A DNA stretch of 62,654 nucleotides, the filler included, from Choristocarpus tenellus KU-1152 (taxonomy: Eukaryota; Protista; Phaeophyceae): NCBI GenBank assembly GCA_964200185.2. It is 10 parts of 10 records of this genome, joined end to end, with 100 filler letters (N's around TTAATTAATTAA, not from the genome) between each part and the next. Parts side by side here need not be neighbours in the genome. Positions count along the whole stretch, not along the records: positions 48,591 to 54,300 come from CAXNAD020009946.1; positions 54,401 to 58,974 come from CAXNAD020013961.1; positions 59,075 to 62,654 come from CAXNAD020019137.1; 7 more parts are not named here. The stretch is one strand, 5' to 3'. A program made the position numbers and the translations under genes. This document shows, piece after piece, positions 50,861 to 62,654 of the stretch. The notes beneath the pieces are model-generated. The model saw only the letters and a list, made by a program, of their open reading frames with translations. It was not told where the DNA came from and made no database searches. Each line of letters starts with the position of its first letter. The first letter of the stretch is position 1.

Positions 50861-53800
50861 GCTCAATGTTTTGTTTTGCAAAAACAAGACTGAGGTGTTC
50901 GATAGCATTTAAAGATCCCCATGAGTGACTGAATTTTAGAGCAATCCGCTTTCGGTGTTAATCTCATTTCAATTTTAGATGAAAACAATGGAGGATGATT
51001 CTGTTGGAGGGTTCCATAGTTAAAAGAGGAACAAGGTGTGAAAAAATTCCAAGCTTTAGAAACAGAACCTGTGGAGAGAGTTTGTGTTGCAGAGATGAGG
51101 AGAAAATGGATGTGAACGAAAGTAAATGATAGGTAACCATGTTTCGGCTGTTTTGCACTTCAGGTCAGAGTTCAATCTTTTGAAATTCACCCATATTTCT
51201 ATGGATGAAGTGCTACGTTGACTTGAGAGTGTTGATACCTACATTGTTTGAGACTTCTCGACAGAATTTCAGAAAATATCCTACACGAATTTGTAAAAAT
51301 ACGCCACTTAAAAAAATCTAATTCTCAGCATCCTCAAATACAACCTTGGACACCTCTCATTTACTTGTTTATTTAAAGGTTGTTTATTTAAATTATGCAC
51401 AAAATAACATTTAAAAGGTGTACCTGAGACATAAGATGGAATTGGTGGATCTACCCTGTTTCCTCTCTCAAATGCTCCTTATATGTACCTGCCACTCACA
51501 TGATTCCATTGCCTACTTTTGCTGTTGCTATGTGTCGAATACTGTGCATTCTGCCTTACTGCCCTGAACCTGCACACTGTCACTGCTCCTGCAAATATTT
51601 GTGGTGGTTTTCGTGTTGCTTGCATCTCCTACAAAAAAGGTGAAGTTGATAACATGTAGTACAATTATTTTCAAGACAAGAATTTCCAACATTAACTTCT
51701 GGGGTATAGTGATAGTGATGTTGGCAAGCACACGCTACAGCATCATTTCTGTGAAGGATCAAGCGAAGGAGACCAAGGAAGAGTCACCCACGATTCTTCC
51801 CAAGTGACACTTCACATTCTTACCACTACCCTCAGCATCATTAGCTTGTCCAGTATAAACTCAGGGGATGAAGGGGCCAGAGTATGGTTGTCCCGTTGCT
51901 ATATTAGTGCACGTGTACTTGTGTGTGGTGGGTGTTTCACTTGCGTTGAGTATGTATGTGCTGTAGTGTGAGCATGTACTGCTCTTTGTATTATGGAGTC
52001 TTAACTCCTCTCCTTTGTAGGCAAGACAAGATTTGTCAAGTGATTTGTTTTCCCTCTTTTAGAGCATTCAATTTCTACCTGCTTGTTCTCTCTTTCCCAT
52101 TCTCATAGTAATTGCATGTACTGATTCCTTGGATCCCTTTTGACCTGGAGTTTGGGACCCTTAAGACTAATGTATACTAGCGTATTCTTGCACTTGATTT
52201 TTGTGTTCTGCTATGCCATACAAGCAAGGGATGGCCTTCCTTTGGTGTTGCTGGTATCATGTTGGCAGTTGGTTCTAGAGTAATTTCAGACTTTGAAGTA
52301 TTTTTATTAGTATGTGTCTCCCTCTGCCTATCAAACTTACTATTATTATTTTTACACTATTGGATTTTGTTACGACCCAACAATAAACAGAAAAAGAAAA
52401 AAGGCAAACACGCTCAATGAGACCCCCTCTTGTTGATATAGTGAAGCATATTTTGTACTGCCACAGAGGTATGACTTGCATTTACACTATTATTTCCAAC
52501 CTAAAATACGAAAGTCTGTGGTTGATTCCTTTTCCCTCGCCAACTTGTGCCCACGCTGCTTTTTGACCCACCAACCACCTGTCCACGCATTTTGGTGTCT
52601 CTTTTTCTGGACCCACCACAATTTCAATATCTCCATATTTTTCATATTTTCTGATTGACACTGCAGCCTTGAGATTATTTTGAGCTGTTGTCAGAGGTAC
52701 TACAAACTGCATTACTTTACATACTAACCACTCTTGCACTAGAATGGATTGCACTGCCTTCTTGATTTTTACTCCTGGCGTTCAGCTATCCCATAGCTCA
52801 TCGCTCCGCTTTTTTAATCTCATGCGATACTCGTTTCAGTGCCATTGCAAGATAAATCCTCAACAACTCGCTTGTGTTCCTTGATTAATGGGATGAAGTG
52901 ACGGACAGGATAGTACAGGTGCACAATGTATAGAGTACTTGCAGCATGGATTTCGGATCATGGAATTTAGATATCCTTGAAGACACGTCTGGCATAAATT
53001 CACATGAACCCAACACATCACTGCAAGGGAACACTGACTTTAAACCATTGAACAACAAAGGTGTTTGTGTGTGCATGTGAAAAAGTAGTGAGTGCAAAAA
53101 AAAAGTTGTATGAAGATGGGAATGAAATTCTGGAATAGGGTCTCTCGTTGAAATAGCGGCTCTCTTATTTATGCAGGTATAGATCTCCACATTGTTCATC
53201 AGCTCACCTGCATGCGGTGAAGCATATTCCAACTGCCAATGTTATTGCCCTCACTCACAACCCAACCAACTCCAAGCAAGCCTCCAGTTTCATTATTAAC
53301 GTTACTGAAATGGAAGTACATCGGGTGGGAGATCTCTCATAAGCATTTTTGGTCAGGTGACAAGCAGCATTGATAAGAGTAATGCCACCTCTACACCTGC
53401 ACCTAGCAGGGAGAAATTTCTTTTGTACACTTTGTTGAGGAGGATAATCGTTGTCAACATCGTGGTACAAAGTTTTGAGACGATTGTAGGGGAGCAGTGT
53501 TAGGATCTAGCTTCAAAGCCCGCGAAGAGGTGTATTGCTCTGGGGTGCTTGCCCTCTCTTGCACCTGTGCACGCACATGGTAGAGGGGGTTCCATATGGC
53601 ACCCTTCAGTGGGCTATATTATTTCCCCGTCTGACACTTTTTCCCTCTCTGATTACAGTATTACTAAATCAATGGGGTAATTAATGATGTACCAGGAAGC
53701 GGGACCTGTGATCAAGTTTAACATTCAAAGTGACGAACAGGTCATTCACTCTGAACAACGAAGGTATCACAATCCTGGACCCTGCCAAATTGTGTAAAAC

Positions 53801-54468
53801 AAATACCTCTCTGAGTACAAATACAAAGGTTGGATTGTGGCAAAATACAAATATTTGGTCCATTTGTTCAAAGAGTGCATATTCATAGGACCAGAATGAA
53901 ATCTCAAGTGAAGATCGAGTGTAGGTTCTCTTGGTGTATACAGATTAGCAAAGCTTCACACGACATAATCTAATGAGAGGTTCTTCAAAAGCCCATTAGT
54001 TTCCACCAGAGGATTGATTCTTTCTGAACAAGAGTCAAAGTAAATGAGAGGTACGTTCTGCATTCTAGTGATACAGGAAAAAATGTGTAAATAACGTGCT
54101 TTTTTTTCAAAAGCGTTCAGAAGGGTTTCCGAATTGAGATTAGAACGTTCAAATCATTCTTAGAAGTTCATCCAACAGAATATGTAGGTAAATTGAAAAA
54201 GATAGAAAAACTGGCATATGAAGGAAACTATGCAAAAGAGAGCTACTCAAGTAGAGTATTTTGCTTTGTGTGGTATGGATATGTTTATTAGCGGAGTGAG
54301 NNNNNNNNNNNNNNNNNNNNNNNNNNNNNNNNNNNNNNNNNNNNTTAATTAATTAANNNNNNNNNNNNNNNNNNNNNNNNNNNNNNNNNNNNNNNNNNNN
54401 GTGTGATTACTTTTCCTCCCGTTTATTTTATTAGGCCGCCGCCCTTCTCTCCTCTTTGTTCTTTTTTT

Positions 54469-54532
<64 letters not shown>

Positions 54533-55020
54533 GTTGAGGGGCTTGTGAGATACGTGCGTATTGCAACAGGTCTGACGGGGAAGAGAGGTACTTCAGCGAG
54601 GGCGGGGAGGAGTAGATGCATCGGATACATTAGCAAAGGGGAGTGTGAAGAGTGTGACTATAGTTACCAATGGACATCGAAGGGTCCTCAACATCCATTC
54701 AGGGATAAGCGGCCATTGATGTGCTACAATGTGCAATGGTGCACATAGAGGTGTGGATGTATGTATATATGATGATGATGAAGGCGTATCATCACATTGA
54801 AGTTCAGGAAACAGTCAATGCTAGAAGTATACAACAAAATAGTCCATCACAAAGTCACTCCTTGTGGCAAGATGTAGGAGGTCACGGCAAGCTCGAGTTG
54901 TATTAGACGAGGAAAAAATGGAGACCCCATGAACACAACAGCGGTCTTCCAGTCATTTGACCACAGACTCCTCCATTCTTCAACCTTCCCTCCTCTCATA
55001 CAAAAGAATGGCTTACAGAC

Positions 55021-55104
55021 CTGACGACACTTCTTCGGCTTGCATTTATCCTTGTTGACGATGGCAATACGTGTAAGATCGTCTCCCTCAGCCTTCTTTG
55101 GCAT
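55021..55104 (-). CDS. ABCE1: ABCE1/RLI1 ribosome recycling factor, exon 1
   Basis: MPKKAEGDDLTRIAIVNKDKCKPKKCRQ|GT, matching the conserved Fe-S domain start TRIAIVxxDKCKPKKCRQEC. Confidence 0.93.
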
Positions 55105-55834
55105 GTTCCAAGTCTTGTTGGAGAAGAGGGCGGCAGCAGCAAGCAAAGGAACGCATTTTTGCACCAATTCAGTCTTGGTGGTGAGGTGCCATAAAGTTGG
55201 GTTACGACCTATTCAAACCTACTTGAGCAAAGCTTGAAATATGAGAAATAGAGCGATGCTTCACTCATTTTCGAGAACACCTAAACGTATCCAAGGCCAT
55301 TGCATACAGAATTAGGCAAAAACTGTCCCCTGTACTTCGATCTATCCTGGCCGTGGGTCACAAGCTGGGACAAGTTGCATTGGCGCATCCACATTCCTCT
55401 TCCCAAAAAAGCACACAATAGCAAAAATCTGTCAACCTTTCGACATCGACAGCGGTACGGAGGTTCCAAGCGTCAGAAACCTTCGAAATTGTGTCGCAAC
55501 CGTTCAAGTTTTTAAGAATCGAGGTCCAATGGGTTTGAACCAAGTATGCAGCAGTAAGACCCCTCACTGAACTCCACATCTCAGATGAAAATAAGGAGGG
55601 CACACGCTATCCCAAGGGTAGTGCACCATACGCATGGAAAAATAGGCGATAGTGCTCTCTATTGCAAGCTCTGCACTTCTGCAGAGCAAACCAGCTCAAT
55701 ACATGCTCCAGTACTTCACACCATCCCAACTTTTCATTCATCCTGCACTGCTTAGACTCTTCTCCGCATGGACGACCGAAGTGATAGCTTCCCAAAAAAC
55801 CCAATCTCTGATACCTTGACTAGGATTTCCTTCT

Positions 55835-55878
55835 GCACGAGGGCCTCGAGACGGCAGCACGAGGGCCTCGAGACGGCC
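55835..55878. repeat. 22-bp tandem duplication GCACGAGGGCCTCGAGACGGC(A/C)
   Basis: Two adjacent copies in the ABCE1/eIF2A intergenic region. Confidence 0.9.
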
Positions 55879-56268
55879 AACGTGTAACAAAAGCCCACAA
55901 CATCACATCACGACGCGTATTTTGTGTGTTTACGCATCTCAGTCACACCTTCTAACCGCCGTAGCCGTACTGCCTGCGTCAAGCTCAGGCAGAAATAGCA
56001 GGGGGACTTGATCCCCAAATGTAGTTGGTCCAGACCACGATCTTGGACGAATTTCCCTCGTCTCTATTGGCCGAGCAATCACAGCCAGGTCGCTCCAATT
56101 CCTCGGTTGTCCTTTGAATGATCTTAATTACATGAAGGCCGTCCAAGGTGATTAAGGTAACGAAACAGGACCGTACACACACACACACAGAAATTTACTT
56201 GGTTGAGCCATTAGTAGAGGTGGCGTGAGACGGTAGGGCCTAGTGGGTAGCTACCAAGGACGGAAACC

Positions 56269-57620
56269 ATGGCTGAACCAGCCTCGGAGCTCCGCACAAA
56301 GATCCTTCTAAGGAAGCAGAGGAAGTTGGAGCTGTGTGATGTACCTCCATCCAAAGGAGAAGGGTGTGCAAATGACCTCGTAGCTGACACCGACTTCCCG
56401 GAGCTCGAAGCTGCAGTCACGGAATGGTCAAGGTGTCTATCTTCCACAATTATTTTTGCTTGTTCAGGGTGATGACTGGGTACTTCATGTTACCTCTGGG
56501 GCGCAATCGTGCTTGTGTGAAGTCAATGTAGATGAGCTAGTTGGTGCACCGCATTGCTTTAGAAAGCAGCATCTTTCTGCAACTTCTTGCTGTAAACATT
56601 ATGATGCATTATCCAAGTGCTTGCTTGCCAGCCGTTGCTATTCCGGTGCGTGGCTAATGATTCAATCCCTAAATCACAGAGATGGGCGGTACCTCGCTGC
56701 AGTTTGCTCGAATGGGGTGGAGATCGTGGACACCGAATCCAACACGGTGGTGAGACAGCATCTGGAATTCGTGCTGGATTGTACTAGGAGAATCAAGTCT
56801 CGTCTCAGTGAAGGCGAACGAGCACCCCTTCAGTATCGTATTGCAATACTCTGATCTGGCCCTGTGGCCTGTATACAGTGTTTTGTATACCATGGACTTT
56901 GTTTTTCATTCCTAGGGTTACTTGCCTCCTGTACACTGCATAGTAGGTGTCTGACTTCAACTGGCTCAGTCTGACTTATTCTCGCATTTGTGATTGCGTT
57001 GCCCCATTTTGGACGTCTCTGGACCTAGCTCTGTGTGTTATAATCCGTCACAAATACCCATCAGCTCGTGCTAGGTCGTGTACAGTCTAGTCACATACAT
57101 ATCTATTTCGAAATTTTTCACTTGTCTATCCCCTCCCATTGCAACTCAGTCCTCCCCTTACATGTTACATGATCTGGTGTGTTCGTAATCCTCTCCCATA
57201 TCTCTTCCTGACATACCCTGCTGAATAATCTTACACAAACGCTCCCAAGCTTCAAACCAAGGAATATCCCCCCCCCCTCAGGCTTGTAAGCCACCCCCTG
57301 TCTCCCAATCACCTGTTTGTTCTGACCGTTTTATAGACAAGTTCTTCTCTTCTCCCTTTAATTGCTCCACCACCCCCTTTCCTCACCGCACCTGTTGGTA
57401 TACTGTACCGGTTCAAGTACATGCACCCACATTGACATTCCAAAACCCTTCTTACTTCCAAGGTCAGTAGCATTGCGGCAGCAGGGGTAAGAGGATTACA
57501 CTTCTCTCCTCTGGGAACGTTCTTCTTGACATGGCAGGCGTACGTGAAGCCAGCCGACGGGTCCAAGGCCCCTGGAAATTTGGTGGTGTGGAGAACTGAC
57601 TCTTGGGTGGAGGAGTTGAG
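56269..57620 (+). CDS. Probable eIF2A (WD40 beta-propeller), first three exons (56269-56432, 56680-56749, 57463-~57620)
   Basis: EWS|RDGRYLA..., LHFSPLGTFFLTWQ...GNLVVW resemble eIF2A N-terminal blades (FSPxGTxLxTW..NLxxW). Splice phases are compatible. Confidence 0.65.
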
Positions 57621-58330
57621 GTCAGTCAGTAGGATACCTATCCGTTTTGAGAGGGAGGGTAAGGTAGGAATCATCTCTTCGAGGCTGGTTGAGGTCGGCT
57701 CGTACTGTGTCTTGAAACTTCTGTGGAGTTTCGTACTCTAGAACCCGAGAATGTGGAACCAAGATTTGTTTGGCAAAGTTCTTTTGGCAAAGTTCTTTTG
57801 GCAAGATTCTTCCCGGAGGAGTATTTCCCGTACATGCTCACATTGACTGCTTACATGGGACTGCACTGTTCTTTTCAGTGTTCTTTTCAACAGTGTGTCT
57901 CTTTTCTTCTCGAAGCGGAGTGTGTGCCTGGGTGGTAAGTTGGGTGGGAACAGAGTTGCTTTCTGATGAAGGGTCTGTTGTTGTCGTGGTTGGCTTGTGT
58001 GGTGAGAAAAGTTGTGTTTTCGACTGTGTCTAGTTTTGTATCTTCCACAGGTAGGTCATACACCATACCATACCATACCATACCATAGCTGTCCTTTTTT
58101 TCCATTTTTGTTTCGATTGTAATAGTGATACATGCCATGAGGCAACTTCAAAATCGCCGTCATTTGTAACACTCAGGGAGGCTATTGTTCCCTTGAAGCG
58201 AAGACTGTTTCTGTCTGGTTGGCAATGTCATGTAGCACACACACATCCAAGTGACTCATACCTACTTAGTACAAGGCGTACATTCCGGAGGTTGCAACTC
58301 CCTGTTGCAGTTCAGAACCAGTCCTGTATG

Positions 58331-58369
<39 letters not shown>

Positions 58370-58517
58370 GGGTGGGTGTTTGGGGGTTGTGGAGTAGTTG
58401 GGTGTGGGGGGGGGGGGGGGGGGTTGTTTTGTTTTTTTTGTNNNNNNNNNNCGCCCGTAGCTCGGTTGCGCGGGGGGTTGGGTGCGTGCGGCGTGCGGGG
58501 GGAGTGGGGGTGGGGGT

Positions 58518-58556
<39 letters not shown>

Positions 58557-60765
58557 TTAGGGAATGTGTAGGATTTTGATCGGGCTTCTGAACCATTAGG
58601 TTTAGGTTGGATAGTTGGAGAGGCTTTCGGTTTTGTTTGTCACACTTGGTGCCTTTTGTGATGTGTTGTAGCTAGGGTGCAACTATTTTATGATGAAGGA
58701 AGAGCCAGGACAAACGTTTTTTGGGGGGGATGGGGTAGAGTCTTTTTTATTCTTCTGAAGTGTTTCTATTCTTGTATTATGCAGATGCAAAGATGATCAG
58801 GTACTGGAGGGTACCATCTCTAGTGCCTCCCCTCCCCCCGGGCTCTCCAGCTTCAAGTCAAATCAGATTGTGGATACACTCAGGAGGTGAATTGGAGTAC
58901 TTTTGATGGCAGGCTTACTTGGACCCTGGTGCTAACTGTACGTTAGAATGTGGCTGGTGCTGGTCAAGAACCCCNNNNNNNNNNNNNNNNNNNNNNNNNN
59001 NNNNNNNNNNNNNNNNNNTTAATTAATTAANNNNNNNNNNNNNNNNNNNNNNNNNNNNNNNNNNNNNNNNNNNNCCAGATACTTTGGGCCATGAATTGGT
59101 CTTGGTGTGATTACATGTACAATGGGTTACAAGCGGCTCACCGTCTCGATTCCACTGATTGAACAGGAGGGGGCGAGACACCCCGCCTTGTAGTACGCTC
59201 TGGAGTACTATATATCCTATAGCGTAGGGTCTGTGATCCACCAAACGAAACACTCTTAATGTATTGTGTATTGGTTTAGTGCTTGCGCTTTGTATGGCCA
59301 GCTTATCAGGAACCCAGCACCAATCACACAACATAGATCAACAACACTTCGTACATGATATCACACATATGATACACAGATTGTCCACAAGCATATCATT
59401 TGGTCAGCAGACACACCATCGACCCTATCTCCAATCACCTATTCTTCCACCAACATGTGTTGATAATGTATTACCACTAACTATGAACATTCTACATCCA
59501 TATTTTCTCCTAGCGTAGATACCTCAACCTAGGTTTGGATCGCCCTTCCTTGTTCATGAAAGGATGTTAGGTCAAGTAATGGCATGGCACATGTTGCATA
59601 TATCGGAAAACTCGGTTTGCGAGGGGTAGACCCAAATTTTGGATGTGATTGCTGAGGAGTGCCAAGCTATCTGTAGGTCAAGATGCGAATCAAATCTCCA
59701 CACTACGAGGCACCGCTGTAAAGTGTGCACGATTGTCATTAAATTGAAGTATTAGGAGTCGCTACAAGTAAGCTGAGGGTTGTTCGACAAAAGATCCTTT
59801 GCGGCCTTCGTGGAAGAGGTTAGGAACCCACCATTGAGCCTGTTCGCAGGACTTGATTAATTATTCCTGCTATTGCTTAAGGTCTCATCGTATTCGTAAA
59901 GGAATCGAGTGTTCAGGCACCTATGTAATATCTCTTTGCCCCAAGTTTACATTGGTTTGTGACTGATTGATGTTGAATGCGAGAAAAATATTTTGTGGTC
60001 TGGCGACAACGCTTCCAAGAAAACAATGTAACCGCCAACGTCATAAGCCGGCTATGATCTTGGCCTCTCGCAAGGAAAGAATGTCCCCGGCTAATCGGAC
60101 AAACACAGTTCAATGTGGCTATTCTGACTCACCCCTGTAGCTCACCCAAACATCGCCTCCTTACGGGGGCGGGAACTCATGACGGTTGGAAGCGTTGCCC
60201 AACTCCGCATTTTCTCTCTAAAGGTGCGCTGAAGGAGCAATTGCAAATGTGTTTACATCTTTCACAAGCTGCAGCTTCTTGAACTTGTTCAGGAGCACAA
60301 TGGGAATGTCGAAACTCTTATGAAGATTGCATTCCGTTGGTTCAATGTGACGTCGGTCAATATGTTTAATGGCAGTAGGAGAGCGATCGATAGGTGGATT
60401 GGTTCTGCCCTGATATGGGCATGTATTCCGAACCAGAGGCTTAATCGAAGATAAGAGGTACGTCGAAGTATGCTATGTCACCTTGAAGACTGCAAACACA
60501 TGGAATGTACTAAAACTGCCTTGCTCTAACCATTAGACACGAAAACGACGGTTGTATCATTGTCTGTCACCCGGTCACGATTCCTTTCCTACTGTAGATG
60601 CACTCCCGAAATCAGCTATTGCGAAAGCGAAGCCTTGTGCAATATTGACCAGTGGATTGGCTGCAGCAAGCTGGACCAGAAGGATTGCTTCGTACCAGCA
60701 GTGCTGCCCATGCCGACTGGAACTTAAGTGAAGGGGCCGGGTAGACTGGCAAAGTCTGAGAGATC

Positions 60766-62546
60766 ATGGGCGACCTTCAGGGCAGGCAGAATGGAACGCA
60801 GATTGTATTGGAATCGAAAAACTCTTGGAATACACCTTCCGGAGGTTATATCGACTCTTACCTCTCTTTACTAGACCAGGATGAAATGGTCAATGATAGT
60901 GATTCCATTGGCATGGGCGAGGATCAAAATGGTGGGAGCTGCAACAGCAAGGGGGACACCGAGAGAGCGAGATTGGACAAGCAAGCAGGTCATATTCAAG
61001 AGAGGCAGAGTACGGGTAGCATGAAAGGAGAAGTGGGTATACCAGGAGTGCGAGAGGCGTTGAAGGAGGGCCAGAAGCCGCAAAACGAGAAATTCTCCAG
61101 AGGAGGTTTGAGTCATACTTCCATCCATGAGGTTACAAGGGCAAGGCTAAAGAAGTTAACGATGGAGAGTCAGAAGACCAAAATCAACAACTTTTGGGCA
61201 GGGATCAAAACACCTAATGGGGGAGCAGGGTCTAGGTCGTTTTTGAAACGCACAGATAGTGATGGGGAAAAAATCACTCAGCATCCTCGACTGTCCTTTT
61301 ACCATGCCGCGTTTTTGAAGAAGAAGGCTCGAGAGATTGGCAAGAGGTCGAAACCACACGCCTTCTCCTTTGACCCAAGGACACCACGCATGCGAGCATG
61401 GGAGAATTGGGTAACACTCACCATCCTTTACACGCTGCTTATCGTACCCTGGCGAGTGAGCTTCAATGCCAGAGCTGGACCGCTTGGCCTTGCCATTGAT
61501 GGCTTTGTCAATTTGTCATTCATCGCAGATACAGTACTGAAGTTCATGACTGCACTTCCAACTGAGAATGGGCTGGTCACTGGTACATGGCCTATTGCTC
61601 GCCACTATCTCCGTACTTGGTTCTTAATTGACCTGGTTACTTGTATACCACTATCCACTCTGCTTCGAGATGTAGTGGACCCCAGTATACGTGTGGTGCA
61701 GGCCCTGCGGGGATTGCGTCTTCTGCGCCTTGTGAAGGTGGTCAAGGTCTACGCCATGCACTATGAGGTTTGTGGACAAAGAGGTGGATCAGTAGCCGAG
61801 TCCAGAGGATCTGGTTAGGGAAGAGAAGGATCTGAAAACTTAAGTGTTGAGAACTGAAACACTGACTACGATTTCTCAAGGGATTCTAGCAGTGGATTAG
61901 AGATGCCCTTGATCGCATTGGAGCGCTATTGGTACACAACTGAAAGTTTGTATCAGTTGCAGAGTGTATGGGAGGGGGGGGTTACGAACGTCAAATATTC
62001 CATATATATGGACACCAGAAGGCCACCTAACGTACACTCTCTATACAATGCCTACGAATTGAGAGGTATATTGTCTTTACTACGAGCCTTGCTTGAGCTT
62101 CAAAACAGTCTCTGGAAGGGAAGAACAGATCAAGATCCAGGCTGGGTCCCTGCAACTACTTCCTGAATGGCATACGCTTATTCAGATTTGAAAGGACATT
62201 TGATCTGTTATATAACCAGGAACGTTGATTTACTAGAATCGACCAACAACACTTCCTTCTTGGCACGAAAATTTGATTTGCCAACCCATGTATGCACCCT
62301 TCTCTCCCACACACCGTCATCTGAATCCATATTTGTTACCTTTGTATAGATTTCTTTCACACGCTTTGAAGTCTCAGAGCCGTTTCCCCAACACTCATGA
62401 TCTACCTGAAAAATATTATCGGTGCAATGTTTCAGGTGAGTCCAGTGGCGATGAGCATAGTGAAGACCCTCCTCACCGTCATCCTGGCAGCTCACCTCCT
62501 CAGCTGCCTTTGGTTCTATATCACCTGCACCAATTACATAGCCATG
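60766..62546 (+). CDS. Voltage-gated/cyclic-nucleotide-gated-type K+ channel (KCNH/plant Shaker-like), 5' exons (60766-61767, 62436-~62546)
   Basis: FDP..WE.W..Y...VPWRVSF (S1), F.AD..LKF.T (S2), IARHYLRTWFLIDLVTCIP (S3), LRGLRLLRLVKVVK (S4), HLLSCLWFYI (S5). Confidence 0.9.
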
Positions 62547-62582
62547 GTGGGTGGATACTTCCAGCAATGTCAGGATTCATTG

Positions 62583-62654
62583 AACCAAAGTATCTGGGGG
62601 GGGGGGGGGGGGGGCTCCACCGGAGGGTCCTTTTTGGTGGGGTGATTTTATTGT
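62583..62654. mobile_element. MITE family A terminus at window end (other contig-edge termini at 20467, 48591, 59075)
   Basis: GAACCAAAGTATCTGGGG... Confidence 0.75.

Noticed and set aside
52480-54000. Possible LINE or other TE remnants (also 9000-10200, 17000-19700, 59100-60450)
   Set aside because: No recognisable catalytic motifs. I also saw no Fanzor/TnpB, viral or Helitron signatures by eye.
12691-59074. Regularly repeated TTAATTAATTAA palindrome
   Set aside because: Always centred in an identical 100-bp N spacer; an artificial contig joiner, not biology.

Overview
Eukaryotic, intron-rich nuclear DNA. Gene content and the Copia/mariner types suggest a photosynthetic stramenopile such as a brown alga or close relative (inference). 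The window is not contiguous: ten short contigs are joined by nine identical artificial 100-bp linkers (N44-TTAATTAATTAA-N44), so neighbourhoods across linkers are meaningless. Recognisable spliced genes or fragments: SNF2/SMARCAD1-like helicase 3' end, a Pro-rich protein, a coiled-coil protein, a double-PHD-finger protein, PET117, a five-exon cyanobacterial-type type III pantothenate kinase (CoaX), an RNI-like LRR protein, histidinol dehydrogenase 3' half, a CxGGxC Cys-rich terminal exon, ABCE1/RLI1 exon 1 head-to-head with a probable eIF2A, and a voltage-gated/CNG-type K+ channel. Much of the rest is transposon debris (two Copia pieces, an LTR with PBS, a DD39D-type mariner remnant, a probable DIRS-like remnant) plus two abundant MITE families that share terminal and subterminal inverted repeats. 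Most unusual signals: (i) a 90-bp loop-less palindrome with TG..CA ends, a 5-bp TSD and the same terminal 9 bp as the local LTR family; (ii) the intron-containing cyanobacterial-like coaX; (iii) TTAGGG telomere-type tracts inserted in frame in an exon and inside a MITE; (iv) a highly diverged ~30-bp tandem array. I found no CRISPR array, RNA gene or intact autonomous element.
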